Assembly: GCA_037137535.1 (NCBI GenBank)
Contig: JBAXKC010000002.1
Coordinates: forward strand, 64,001-128,000
From: a bacterium
Lineage (GTDB): Bacteria > Cyanobacteriota > Vampirovibrionia > Gastranaerophilales > JBAXKC01
DNA length: 64,000 bases
Reading direction: 5' to 3'
Of the stretch, positions 48,061 to 57,574 are shown piece after piece. The notes beneath the pieces are model-generated. The model was not told the origin of the DNA and did no database searches. It was given only the letters and a program-made list of their open reading frames with translations. A program made the position numbers and the translations under genes. Position 1 is the first letter of the stretch, and each line of letters opens with the position of its first letter.

Positions 48061-49923
48061 TTATGCGACCTCCTTGATTGCTTTGAATGGGCAGGATGAT
48101 AAGCATGCTCCGCATTTAATGCAATTATCCTGATCAATTGTGTGTACTGCTTTTACTTTGCCTTCAATTGCATTTACAGGACAAACTCTTGCACACTTTG
48201 TGCATCCTTTACAAAGTTCAGCTTCAATAACGATTTTCTTAAACGCAGTACATTGACCAGCAGGGCAACGACCTTCGTTAATATGAGCAAGATATTCGTC
48301 TTTAAAGTATTTAAGTGTTGAAAGAACAGGGTTTGGAGCTGTTTTACCAAGTCCGCAAAGTGATCCGTCTTTTACTGCAAGAGCTAACTCTTCAAGTAAA
48401 TCTAAATCGCTAAGTGCTGCTTTTCCTTCTACGATTCTTTCAAGAATTTTCAACATGTTCTTTGTACCTTCTCTGCAAGGTACGCATTTGCCGCATGATT
48501 CGTTCTGAGTAAAGCTCATAAAGAACCTAGCAACTTCAACGATACATGTATCTTCATTTAGAACAACAAGACCGCCTGATCCAACCATAGCACCAACGCT
48601 AAGTAATGAATCATAATCAAGTGGAAGATCTAAATATTCTTCAGTTAAACAACCGCCTGATGGTCCACCGATTTGTACCGCTTTGAATTTTTTATTGTTT
48701 CTGATACCGCCACCGATATCAAAAATGATTGTTCTTAATGTTGTTCCCATTGGAACTTCAATAAGACCTGTATTATTAACTTCACCTGTTAAAGCGAAAG
48801 TTTTTGTTCCTGCACCTTTTTCTGTACCAAACCCTTTGAACCATTGTGCGCCGTTTCCGATAATTAAAGGAACGTTAGCAAATGTTTCTACGTTGTTAAT
48901 AAGGGTTGGCTTTCCAAAAAGACCTTTATTCGCTGGAAATGGCGGTTTTGGTCTAGGCATTCCTCTTTCGCCTTCAATTGAAGCGATAAGAGCTGTTTCT
49001 TCACCACAAACGAACGCTCCAGCGCCTTCTTTTACATGAAGTGTAAAGTTGAAATCTGAACCAAGAATATTATTTCCTAAATATCCTCTTTCTTCAGCTT
49101 CAGCAATAGCAATTTTTAATCTCTTTACAGCTAAAGGATATTCAGCTCTAACATAAATGTAACCTTCATCAGCGCCTGTAGCATAAGCTGAAATAGCCAT
49201 ACCTTCAAGCATTTTATGAGGATCGCCTTCCATGATACTTCTGTCCATGAATGCTCCAGGATCCCCTTCGTCACCGTTACAGATAACGTATTTTTTATCG
49301 CCGATAGCCATTCTTACGAATTGCCATTTTCTACCTGTTGGGAAGCCTCCGCCCCCTCTTCCTCTTAAGCCTGATTCTTCTACTTCTTTGCAGACTTCTT
49401 CAGGAGTCATTGTGGTTAAAATTTTATTTAATGAAGAATATCCGCCAATAGCTAATGTATCGTCAATTTTTTCAGGATCAACTTTACCGCAATTACAAAG
49501 GGATGTTCTGCATTGTTTTGAATAGAAATTAATATCTTCATTTTTAGCGACAGGCTGATTTGTTTGTGGATCAACATAAAGAAGTCTTTCAACAATTTCG
49601 CCACCAAGTATATGTTTATTAACAATTTCTTCAACATCAGCAAGTTTAACTTTTACATAAGTTACATGTAAATCAGGAATAACTACTAATACACCCTGTT
49701 CACAGAAACCATGGCAACCTGTTCTGATTGTTGTGAATTTTTTTTCATCTTGAATTGCTGTTACGTTTACGCCCATTTCTTCAAATTTTTCGCAAACTTC
49801 AATTGAACCGTTAGCAACGCAACCTGTTCCTGCGCAAACAAGAACTCTTGTTCCCATTTGTTTTAGAACTTCTCTGGCACGCTCTTGTTCTTTGTTTATA
49901 TCAACTTTAGAAGTTGTTGTCAT
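48061..49923 (-). CDS. hydB: Bifurcating hydrogenase diaphorase subunit (NuoF-like)
   Basis: SGLRGRGGGGFPTG, CNGDEGDPGAFMDR, ESCGKCVPCREG, two C-terminal 4Fe-4S motifs. Confidence 0.95.
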   Translation of the reverse strand: MTTTSKVDINKEQERAREVLKQMGTRVLVCAGTGCVANGSIEVCEKFEEMGVNVTAIQDEKKFTTIRTGCHGFCEQGVLVVIPDLHVTYVKVKLADVEEIVNKHILGGEIVERLLYVDPQTNQPVAKNEDINFYSKQCRTSLCNCGKVDPEKIDDTLAIGGYSSLNKILTTMTPEEVCKEVEESGLRGRGGGGFPTGRKWQFVRMAIGDKKYVICNGDEGDPGAFMDRSIMEGDPHKMLEGMAISAYATGADEGYIYVRAEYPLAVKRLKIAIAEAEERGYLGNNILGSDFNFTLHVKEGAGAFVCGEETALIASIEGERGMPRPKPPFPANKGLFGKPTLINNVETFANVPLIIGNGAQWFKGFGTEKGAGTKTFALTGEVNNTGLIEVPMGTTLRTIIFDIGGGIRNNKKFKAVQIGGPSGGCLTEEYLDLPLDYDSLLSVGAMVGSGGLVVLNEDTCIVEVARFFMSFTQNESCGKCVPCREGTKNMLKILERIVEGKAALSDLDLLEELALAVKDGSLCGLGKTAPNPVLSTLKYFKDEYLAHINEGRCPAGQCTAFKKIVIEAELCKGCTKCARVCPVNAIEGKVKAVHTIDQDNCIKCGACLSSCPFKAIKEVA

Positions 49924-49964
49924 TTTGTAAGTTCTCCTATTGTGTTAACTTCTTTATTTCTCAA

Positions 49965-50474
49965 CTATTCTTCTTCTTTTTTCATTAACTCATCAATAAT
50001 AATGCTTATAGCATCTGATGTCATTGCAGGATAAACTTTTTCGTTTATGACTACAACAGGAGCAAGTCCGCAAGCTCCAAGGCAACTAACTGTTTCCACA
50101 CTGAATTTTAAATCTTCAGTAGTTATATTACCGTCTTTAAGACCTACTTTGTTTATAATTGCATTATAAACAGGCATTGAACCTCTAACGTGGCAAGCAG
50201 TTCCATCGCATACTTTTACTTCATATTTGCCTTTAGGATTCAAACTGAATTGACTGTAAAATGTAGCTACTCCATATACACTTGCAGGTGAAATATCCAT
50301 AGCTGAAGATACATAAGTAAGAATTTCTTCAGGTAAATATCTATACTGTTCTTGTATGCTTTGAAGAACTGCAATTAAATGCGTTCTTTTATAGTCATAT
50401 TTCTTGAGTATTTCATTTACTATCTGAAACTTTTTCTGTCCTTCAAGCATTTCTGCTGTCAGCTTGTCTGTCAT
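49965..50474 (-). CDS. hydC: Bifurcating hydrogenase [2Fe-2S] subunit (NuoE-like)
   Basis: VATFYSQF, CDGTACHVRG, CLGACGLAP. Confidence 0.95.
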   Translation of the reverse strand: MTDKLTAEMLEGQKKFQIVNEILKKYDYKRTHLIAVLQSIQEQYRYLPEEILTYVSSAMDISPASVYGVATFYSQFSLNPKGKYEVKVCDGTACHVRGSMPVYNAIINKVGLKDGNITTEDLKFSVETVSCLGACGLAPVVVINEKVYPAMTSDAISIIIDELMKKEEE

Positions 50475-50505
50475 TTGTGTCGCTCCTTTTTAATTGAATG
50501 TTCTC

Positions 50506-51117
50506 CTAGAAATATATTATTTCGACTTTTTTACCCATTTTTTCTAGCTTTGTCTTGAGTTGTTTAATTATGTCTATCTTATTACCCGTTTTAATCGGCA
50601 AATTAAATTGTTGATGAGCAGAATTTTCAGCCTGCCCAACAATAAATCTAATATTTTTAGCACTTTTCATTTCACATGCCAGCTCTTCAGCAGGATTCTG
50701 CGGAACATAGATTGAATTTGAGCAAGCTTTTTCTGAAATAAGTAATTCTTTATTATTAAGTGAAGTGTATGTTATATACTTTTCATCTGTTTTAATTTTT
50801 TTTGATAAAGGGATTTCACATAACATATCCTTATCAATAATTTCTGCGGTTTTTGATAAGATAATAATTCCTTCGGTAACTATGTCAATTCCGTCAATTC
50901 GCCCTTTAGGAGGAAAACCTGTATCTTTTCCAAGCAAAACTTCTAAATCTCTGTCAAGTTCTCTCGCCATAATCTTTGCAGTAGTTCCACCACACACAGC
51001 TTTTACACCTTGCGATTGTGAATAGAATCTTACCATTTCTGTATCTTTAGATTTATCTTTAGGAGGACCGAAAGCTAGTGTCAGATATTCTTTCTCTCCA
51101 GTCTTTATTAAGACCAC
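50506..51117 (-). CDS. Stand-alone domain resembling the C-terminal part of hydrogenase-associated SpoIIE-like phosphatases (GTG start)
   Basis: FGPPKD, VCGGTTA.I.AREL, GIDIVTEG, F.VG.A.N.AHQ; no PP2C catalytic domain. Confidence 0.7.
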   Translation of the reverse strand: MVLIKTGEKEYLTLAFGPPKDKSKDTEMVRFYSQSQGVKAVCGGTTAKIMARELDRDLEVLLGKDTGFPPKGRIDGIDIVTEGIIILSKTAEIIDKDMLCEIPLSKKIKTDEKYITYTSLNNKELLISEKACSNSIYVPQNPAEELACEMKSAKNIRFIVGQAENSAHQQFNLPIKTGNKIDIIKQLKTKLEKMGKKVEIIYF

Positions 51118-51222
51118 TCTTTTTCTCCAAATGTAGCTAGTTGCTTTATTAAAAACAAACGATTCTACAAAATTTACAATACAACCAATATGACGTACAA
51201 ATATTAAAAAGGTTTTACATAA

Positions 51223-51260
51223 TAGTGAAATTATTTACATTTTCGTGAAAAATTTCACTA
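51223..51260. promoter_or_regulatory. Two tandem Rex operators
   Basis: TAGTGAAATTATTTACAT (51223-51240) and TCGTGAAAAATTTCACTA (51243-51260) versus TTGTGAA-N4-TTCACAA. Confidence 0.75.
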
Positions 51261-51269
51261 TTCAATAAT

Positions 51270-51297
51270 ATATTAGCATTACAAACTTAAATTTCAA
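51270..51297 (-). promoter_or_regulatory. Promoter of hydrogenase operon
   Basis: Minus strand TTGAAA-16-TAATAT with TG extended -10, just upstream of the Rex boxes. Confidence 0.55.
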
Positions 51298-51459
51298 GCA
51301 TTTTTTTTAGCTTATTAATTTAACTTTAAGATACGCTTTAATATTGAATTTAATTCTTTATTAAATAAATATATAATCAGATGGCTAGACAGTTAGGGCA
51401 TAAACAAAACTCACTAATTTTGATTAAATAAAATTGTAATTATAAAGGGCTTATTATTA

Positions 51460-52407
51460 ATGCAAACTCCTAAGGTTTCAGTAATTATAACAACATATAA
51501 CAGGGCAGAATTCATAGGAGATACAATTAAATCTGTTCTGACTCAGACCTATCAAGATTTTGAGTTAATAATAATTGATGATGGTTCTACTGATAATACC
51601 AAATCCATAATAGATAAATTTAACGATAAGAGAATTATCTATTATTATCAAGATAACAAAGGGCAAAATCCTGCCAGAAATAAAGGTATGGAGCTATCCA
51701 ACGGAGATTATATTGCACATATAGATTCTGATGATACATGGAAAAATACAAAACTTGAAAAACAAGTTAAAATTTTAGATAAATTTAAAGAGATTGGTCT
51801 TGTTTATTGTGGAACAAAACTAATAGATTCAAAAGGACGATTTATTCGTAACCTAAAAATTTATGATTATAACGGTTTTGTTTTAGAACAACTTATAATG
51901 TTTAACTTCTTATATAACGGATCAAATACTTTATTTAGAAAATCATGTTTAGAAAAAATAGAATGCTTTGATGAATCTATTGATAGAATGACAGATTGGG
52001 AATTTTATCTTAAATTTTCTATTTTTTATAAGTTTTATTGTGTGCCTGATTATTTAGTTTTTTATAGAATTCATGATACCAATATGAGTGTCAACTATAA
52101 AAAATACGAGAAAAATGGATTTAAAATTTTATATAAAGTGTTTAAAAGAGTTTCAGTGAAAAATTCTATTAAACACTTAAAGCCTTTAGCTTATGCAATG
52201 AGATACAGATTTTTAGCTCATAGATGTTTAGACCTTAACAGCAGTAAAGAAATCAGAAAATATGTTATAAAAGCCTTTAAAATTTGTCCATCAATTTTAT
52301 ATAAGAGCAATATTGCATTAATATTTATACTTTCATTTTGCTCAAAATGGGTTTTAAATGCTTTAAGAAAAAGCCGTAAATATACCTATAATTTAAATTG
52401 CAAATAA
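51460..52407 (+). CDS. Family 2 glycosyltransferase
   Basis: VSVIITTYN, IIIDDGSTD, ARNKG, DSDD. Confidence 0.93.
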   Translation: MQTPKVSVIITTYNRAEFIGDTIKSVLTQTYQDFELIIIDDGSTDNTKSIIDKFNDKRIIYYYQDNKGQNPARNKGMELSNGDYIAHIDSDDTWKNTKLEKQVKILDKFKEIGLVYCGTKLIDSKGRFIRNLKIYDYNGFVLEQLIMFNFLYNGSNTLFRKSCLEKIECFDESIDRMTDWEFYLKFSIFYKFYCVPDYLVFYRIHDTNMSVNYKKYEKNGFKILYKVFKRVSVKNSIKHLKPLAYAMRYRFLAHRCLDLNSSKEIRKYVIKAFKICPSILYKSNIALIFILSFCSKWVLNALRKSRKYTYNLNCK

Positions 52408-52422
52408 ATATATAATAATGAT

Positions 52423-53175
52423 TTACTTATAGCTTTTCCAGAACAATAAAGATTTTGTATCTATAGTTTTGCTTAATGAAATTATATAGCCAAGTTTAGC
52501 CTTATTTCCATTTGGAATAAGCACCCCACCTTTTAATGTTATTGTTTTTGTAGGCTTGATAATAAGACCTGTAGCTAACAGACCATAAGGTTCATTCCGT
52601 GAGGTCCAATCTATTACAGCAATTACTTTATCTTTAATTATTGTTTGTTCATAACCCAATAAAACACCTGGGACATTTTGAATAAATTTATTACGATTTC
52701 TTAAATACATACCTGCTGTTACTTTAGAATTAACATTAGGTATTTGTTGCGAAAAAAGATAATAACTCAAATTTGCGGGAATTTGATTATGTTGCAAACT
52801 TGGAGTTATTTGTGCACCCAATGCAAATTTTGTATATTTTGTAATGTTAAAACCTGATTTCATTCCTACATTTAAGTCTACTCTTGAATTTATAGTTCCA
52901 AACGTTGTATCTCTTTGATTACCAACAGGCACACCCATATAAAATTCTGAATGATAACCTATTCCTTGAATCAAAGAGGGATTACCATTAACAAATTCGG
53001 GATATGGAATCCTAAATCTAACGGGAAGTCTTATTGACGTTTTACCGGACTGAAGCACGTCAGTTGAAGGTATATTTAAAATGGCTTGCTGTGCCTCTAC
53101 CCTTGTTACAAAGACAAATGAAGCAAGCATAATAAGAAATAAGGACCTGCTTAATATAATTTTTTTAATATTCAT
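52423..53175 (-). CDS. Secreted hypothetical protein, possibly an outer-membrane beta-barrel
   Basis: Signal peptide ending VEA; alternating amphipathic beta pattern. Confidence 0.6.
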   Translation of the reverse strand: MNIKKIILSRSLFLIMLASFVFVTRVEAQQAILNIPSTDVLQSGKTSIRLPVRFRIPYPEFVNGNPSLIQGIGYHSEFYMGVPVGNQRDTTFGTINSRVDLNVGMKSGFNITKYTKFALGAQITPSLQHNQIPANLSYYLFSQQIPNVNSKVTAGMYLRNRNKFIQNVPGVLLGYEQTIIKDKVIAVIDWTSRNEPYGLLATGLIIKPTKTITLKGGVLIPNGNKAKLGYIISLSKTIDTKSLLFWKSYK

Positions 53176-53343
53176 TGCTAATACTCATAGTTATAATATT
53201 TTTTCAAATAATTAGAAACTCACCAATTAGCCAACTGGAGAGTTTTTGTTAAACTTTTATTCAACTATTTGGCTATTTGAATTGTATTTTTTTGCTATTA
53301 ATGATATAAAACTTTAAAGACTTATCGTTAAGAGGTATTAATC

Positions 53344-54186
53344 ATGAGAAAATTATTAGTTTTTATATTTATGTTAATGCTGTTTTCAAATACAGCTTCT
53401 GCTAAATCTCTCAAATTTGTTCAAGTAACTGATAACCATTTATCAATAAACAGCTCTGATTATGGAGGTAGAGAGATTTTAAAATCTACGCAAATTTTAG
53501 AAAATACAGTAAATTCTATTAATCAATTAAAGGATATTGATTTTGTTATATTTTCTGGTGATAACATTGATGTTGCAAATGAAGAGAATTTAAGAAAATT
53601 TTGTGAAATAACACAAAATCTTAATAAACCATATTACATTGGAATAGGGAATCATGATGTTTTTAAAACCAATGGCTTAAGCAAAGAAAAATATTTTAAT
53701 ATTGTCAAAGAATATAATAAAAATCAAAATAACAAAAAGCCCTATTATTATTTTTGTCCTGACAATAATTTTATAGTAATAGTTATGGATGGCGTACATG
53801 AAATAATACCAAGTAAACATGGAACATATACCGAAGAAAATTTAGATTGGTTAGATAAAGTGCTAAAAAAGTATAAAAACAAGACAGCTGTTATAGTTCA
53901 ACATTTTCCTATAGTTGAACCATCTGAAAACAAATCTCATAGAACCTTAGATCCTGAAGGTTATTTTAATTTACTTGATCATCATAACAACGTAGCTACA
54001 ATTGTTTCCGGTCATTATCATACAGCTAACGTTATTCAAAAAAATGGAATTTATCACATTAGTAGTCCTGCTTTAGCGGAAAAACCACACCAATACAGAA
54101 TTATAGAAATAAATAATGATAATCGTTCAGCTATTAGGATAGATACAGAGTTAATACCGGTTGAAGTCCCTGAAGATAATAATTAA
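53344..54186 (+). CDS. Secreted calcineurin-like metallophosphoesterase
   Basis: Signal ASA; TDNH, GDNID, GNHD, GHYH. Confidence 0.92.
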   Translation: MRKLLVFIFMLMLFSNTASAKSLKFVQVTDNHLSINSSDYGGREILKSTQILENTVNSINQLKDIDFVIFSGDNIDVANEENLRKFCEITQNLNKPYYIGIGNHDVFKTNGLSKEKYFNIVKEYNKNQNNKKPYYYFCPDNNFIVIVMDGVHEIIPSKHGTYTEENLDWLDKVLKKYKNKTAVIVQHFPIVEPSENKSHRTLDPEGYFNLLDHHNNVATIVSGHYHTANVIQKNGIYHISSPALAEKPHQYRIIEINNDNRSAIRIDTELIPVEVPEDNN

Positions 54187-54202
54187 AGCTGCTTGTCTTA
54201 AT

Positions 54203-54907
54203 TTATGAGTACAGTATAATTTTATCCAAAAAATGAAATAAAAACTTATTCATGGTGCAAAAATCAGATAATTTTATAATTTTTGCTTCATCTTGAATGT
54301 ACTTATCAGCAATTAATTCATGCCTGCAATTATTTATTATTTCCAATAAACTTTTTTGATTCATTTCCAAATGAAATTGAAGTCCAAAAATATTTTTATT
54401 ACAAAGAAATGCTTGATGTTTACAAGCCTCAGAAGAAGCTAAAAGTTTCGCTACGACAGGCAAGTCAAAAGTATCTCCATGCCAGTGAATAACATTAATA
54501 ACATTAATAACATTAGTTAGTTTATCGGCAAAAAACTCATTTTTTAGTGAATAATCACTTAGTGTAACAGGAAAAACGCCAATTTCTTTGTCTTTATTTT
54601 TATAAACATTAGCTTCAAGAACATCAGCAATTAACTGAGCCCCCAAACAAATACCTAATACTTTTTTATTCTGTTCTATTGCAGTTTTAATAAACTGTTT
54701 TTCTTTTTTTAACCATGGGTATAAATTCTCATCATATACCCCCATAGGACCTCCTAATATGATAAGAAAATCATAATCAGAATGTTCGGGTAAACTTTCA
54801 TTTTTATAAAGCAATGTCCCCTTTATCTCATAACCGTTATCATCTGCATAATTTATAATGGAAGAAGGGGTTTCAAAGGGGACATGTTGTAAATAATGTA
54901 TTCTCAT
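54203..54907 (-). CDS. Type 1 glutamine amidotransferase
   Basis: LGGPMG, GICLGAQL, WHGDTF, LQFHLE. Confidence 0.92.
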   Translation of the reverse strand: MRIHYLQHVPFETPSSIINYADDNGYEIKGTLLYKNESLPEHSDYDFLIILGGPMGVYDENLYPWLKKEKQFIKTAIEQNKKVLGICLGAQLIADVLEANVYKNKDKEIGVFPVTLSDYSLKNEFFADKLTNVINVINVIHWHGDTFDLPVVAKLLASSEACKHQAFLCNKNIFGLQFHLEMNQKSLLEIINNCRHELIADKYIQDEAKIIKLSDFCTMNKFLFHFLDKIILYS

Positions 54908-54916
54908 AAGTCCCTT

Positions 54917-55237
54917 TTATAATTTAATTAACATCATTTTAAATTTAGTTTTTGCAAGTAAAGCATGTGGTTCACCAGCTGGCATTATTATAACATCACC
55001 TTCTTTCAGATCAAATTTTTCACCTGAAATTGTTATTTCAACTTCACCTTTAATGGCTTGAACAATTGCATCAACAGGCGCAGAGTGCCCTGCTATTTCT
55101 TCACCTTCATCAAAAGCAAACAGAGTAACAGAATTATTGCCTTTGCTTATAATAGTTTGGCTTACTATTGCATTTTGTTGATAATCAATACTATTTTCAA
55201 GGCTAATGACTTGTTTTAAAAAATTACTTTTTTTCAT
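54917..55237 (-). CDS. Cupin-domain protein
   Basis: TLFAFDEGE..AGHSAP, MPAGEPHAL. Confidence 0.9.
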   Translation of the reverse strand: MKKSNFLKQVISLENSIDYQQNAIVSQTIISKGNNSVTLFAFDEGEEIAGHSAPVDAIVQAIKGEVEITISGEKFDLKEGDVIIMPAGEPHALLAKTKFKMMLIKL

Positions 55238-55268
55238 AATAAATTCTCCTATTTATGACAAAGTTATT

Positions 55269-55304
55269 AAAAAAACAGGTCTGCAGCAACTTGTACAGAC
55301 CTGT
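55269..55304 (-). terminator. Intrinsic terminator after hcp
   Basis: ACAGGTCTG/CAGACCTGT stem followed by U-tract on minus strand. Confidence 0.75.
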
Positions 55305-55310
55305 CATAAA

Positions 55311-56951
55311 TCATTTCAGAATTGTGTCTAAATCAGCTTCAGCTGTAGTCGTAGGCATTATATTAAAGTTTTCGACTAAAACCTTAAGAACCGCAGGAGT
55401 TACAAAAGCCGGTAATGTTGGTCCTAACCTAATATTTTTAATTCCTAAATATAAAAGACTAAGTAATATAGCAACAGCTTTTTGTTCATACCAAGAAAGA
55501 ATCATTGACAATGGTAAGCTATTTACATCAGTTTTAAATGCATTTGCAAGTGCAACAGCAATTTGTACAGCTGAATACGCATCATTACATTGACCAATAT
55601 CTAATAATCTTGGAATACCTTCAATATCGCCAAATTCTAATTTATTAAATCTGAATTTGCCACAGGCAAGAGTCAAAATAACTGTATCATCAGGAGCTTT
55701 TTGCGCAAAATCGGTATAGTAATTTCTACCTGATTTAGCTCCGTCACATCCGCCAACTAAGAAGAAATGCTTGATTTTACCTGTTTTGACTGCATCAATT
55801 ACTTTATCTGCAACATTTAAAACAGCGTTTCTAGCAAAACCTATTGTTATAAATTTTTCTTCAGCATCCTCTTCAAAACCTTTAGCTTCAAAAGCCGAAT
55901 CAATTACAGGCTGAAAGTTTTGGTTAGAAATATGCATAACACCAGGCCATTGAACCAAACCACTTGTAAAAATTCTACCTATATATTTTTTGGGCTCTTG
56001 AATACAATTAGTGGTCATAAGAATCGCACCAGGAAATTCTGCAAATTCCTTCTGTTGATCCTGCCATGCTCCTCCGTAATTTCCTACTAAATGTTTATAT
56101 TTTTTCAACTCAGGATAGGCGCAACAAGGTAACATTTCACCGTGTGTATATATATTTATTCCTTTTCCTTCTGTTTGCTTTAAAAGAGCGTCCAAATCTT
56201 TAAGATCATGTCCTGACACAAGAATTGCCTTGCCTTTAATTGGAGTAATTCTTACTTTTGTCGGTTCAGGATGACCGTAAGTTTGAGTATTTGCTTTATC
56301 GAGTAATTCCATAGTTTTTAAATTAACTTCACCACATTTAAGATTTGTGGCTACTAATTTATTTATATCTGACTCTCCTTCAGCTAATAAATTTAAAGCA
56401 CTTTCAAAAAACTCATAAATTTCAGGATTTTCATAACCTAAGACTCTTGCGTGGTCAGCGTAAGCAGCAGCACCTTTAATTCCATAAGTTAAAAGTTCCT
56501 GTAATCCTGTAACATCTTCACCAAATTTTTCTTTTCTTTTTATTATTGAAGCCTCTTCAGCTTGAATAATCTGCTCTTCTAATGTTGATGCAGGTACAAA
56601 ATTAACAACATCAGGCAAGTCAGCTTCTTCTTTTGAGTTAAAAGCTTCAAGATATAAGGCTTTGGCTATTTCTTTAATTTCAGCAGATTTTGTAATTATT
56701 TCAGATATATTTTGCGGATCAAAATTCACATTAGTAACAGTAGTAAACAACCCTTCAACAATAAATCTGTCAACTTCATTAGAAGTTAAGCCAGCTTTTC
56801 TCGCTCTTGAGCCATAAACTGAAATTACTTTTAAAGATTTGATTAATAAATCTTGTAACTTTGCAACTTCAGGTGTTTTGCCACAAACACCCTGTACAGA
56901 GCATCCTTGACCTTTAGCTGTTTGCTCACATTGATAACAGAACATACTCAT
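55311..56951 (-). CDS. hcp: Hybrid cluster protein (hydroxylamine/NO reductase)
   Basis: MFCYQCEQT...GC...GVCGK, SGHDL, THGEM, GCDG, GQCNDAYS, SWYEQKA. Confidence 0.97.
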   Translation of the reverse strand: MSMFCYQCEQTAKGQGCSVQGVCGKTPEVAKLQDLLIKSLKVISVYGSRARKAGLTSNEVDRFIVEGLFTTVTNVNFDPQNISEIITKSAEIKEIAKALYLEAFNSKEEADLPDVVNFVPASTLEEQIIQAEEASIIKRKEKFGEDVTGLQELLTYGIKGAAAYADHARVLGYENPEIYEFFESALNLLAEGESDINKLVATNLKCGEVNLKTMELLDKANTQTYGHPEPTKVRITPIKGKAILVSGHDLKDLDALLKQTEGKGINIYTHGEMLPCCAYPELKKYKHLVGNYGGAWQDQQKEFAEFPGAILMTTNCIQEPKKYIGRIFTSGLVQWPGVMHISNQNFQPVIDSAFEAKGFEEDAEEKFITIGFARNAVLNVADKVIDAVKTGKIKHFFLVGGCDGAKSGRNYYTDFAQKAPDDTVILTLACGKFRFNKLEFGDIEGIPRLLDIGQCNDAYSAVQIAVALANAFKTDVNSLPLSMILSWYEQKAVAILLSLLYLGIKNIRLGPTLPAFVTPAVLKVLVENFNIMPTTTAEADLDTILK

Positions 56952-57025
56952 ATTTGTTTCTCCTTTTCTTTCTTTTGAAAATATGTTAGTTAGTGTTAAT
57001 TAACAATAATTTCAAAAAAATTTTA

Positions 57026-57430
57026 CTACTTTATATATATATCAAATGTTTTAGTCTTCATGTATTCCACCATATTTTTATTCACATCTTCCAATATGTG
57101 ACCAAACATACATGTTCCCTCAACACATACCGGTTGGTCAAGTAGACATGAGTGGAAATCTATTTTACCGTCAAAGTACTCATAAATTTCTAATAGTGTA
57201 ATAGATGATGGAGGTTTACTTAATTTAAAACCGCCTTTAGCCCCTCTAATCGATGAAACCAGCCCCAATTTAACAAGTCTTTGAAGCACCTTTGCAAGGT
57301 GATTATCAGACACTTTCATTATATCGGCTAATTCTTTATTTGATAGTAATCTATCTTGATTTCTAGCCAATAAATATATAGTGTGAATAGCAATTGTAGC
57401 CGCTTCTGAAATTTTTATTATTGGAGCCAT
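57026..57430 (-). CDS. Rrf2-family regulator with 3 Cys
   Basis: HLAKVLQRL...GLVSS.RG.KGGF.L, CLL...C....C. Confidence 0.92.
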   Translation of the reverse strand: MAPIIKISEAATIAIHTIYLLARNQDRLLSNKELADIMKVSDNHLAKVLQRLVKLGLVSSIRGAKGGFKLSKPPSSITLLEIYEYFDGKIDFHSCLLDQPVCVEGTCMFGHILEDVNKNMVEYMKTKTFDIYIK

Positions 57431-57574
57431 AATTATTTAAACCTTAAATTTTATATTCTTATAATAGCATAATAATCTAGCAACACAACACCACTATACC
57501 TATTTAATTTACAAAAGTTAGCAAAGACTAACATCATGAAAATGTTTCATACGTTAAGAAGTATAATAATAAAT

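Noticed and set aside
48061-50474. NuoE/NuoF as respiratory complex I
   Set aside because: Adjacent gene has H-cluster motifs and no membrane Nuo subunits are present; these are HydB and HydC.
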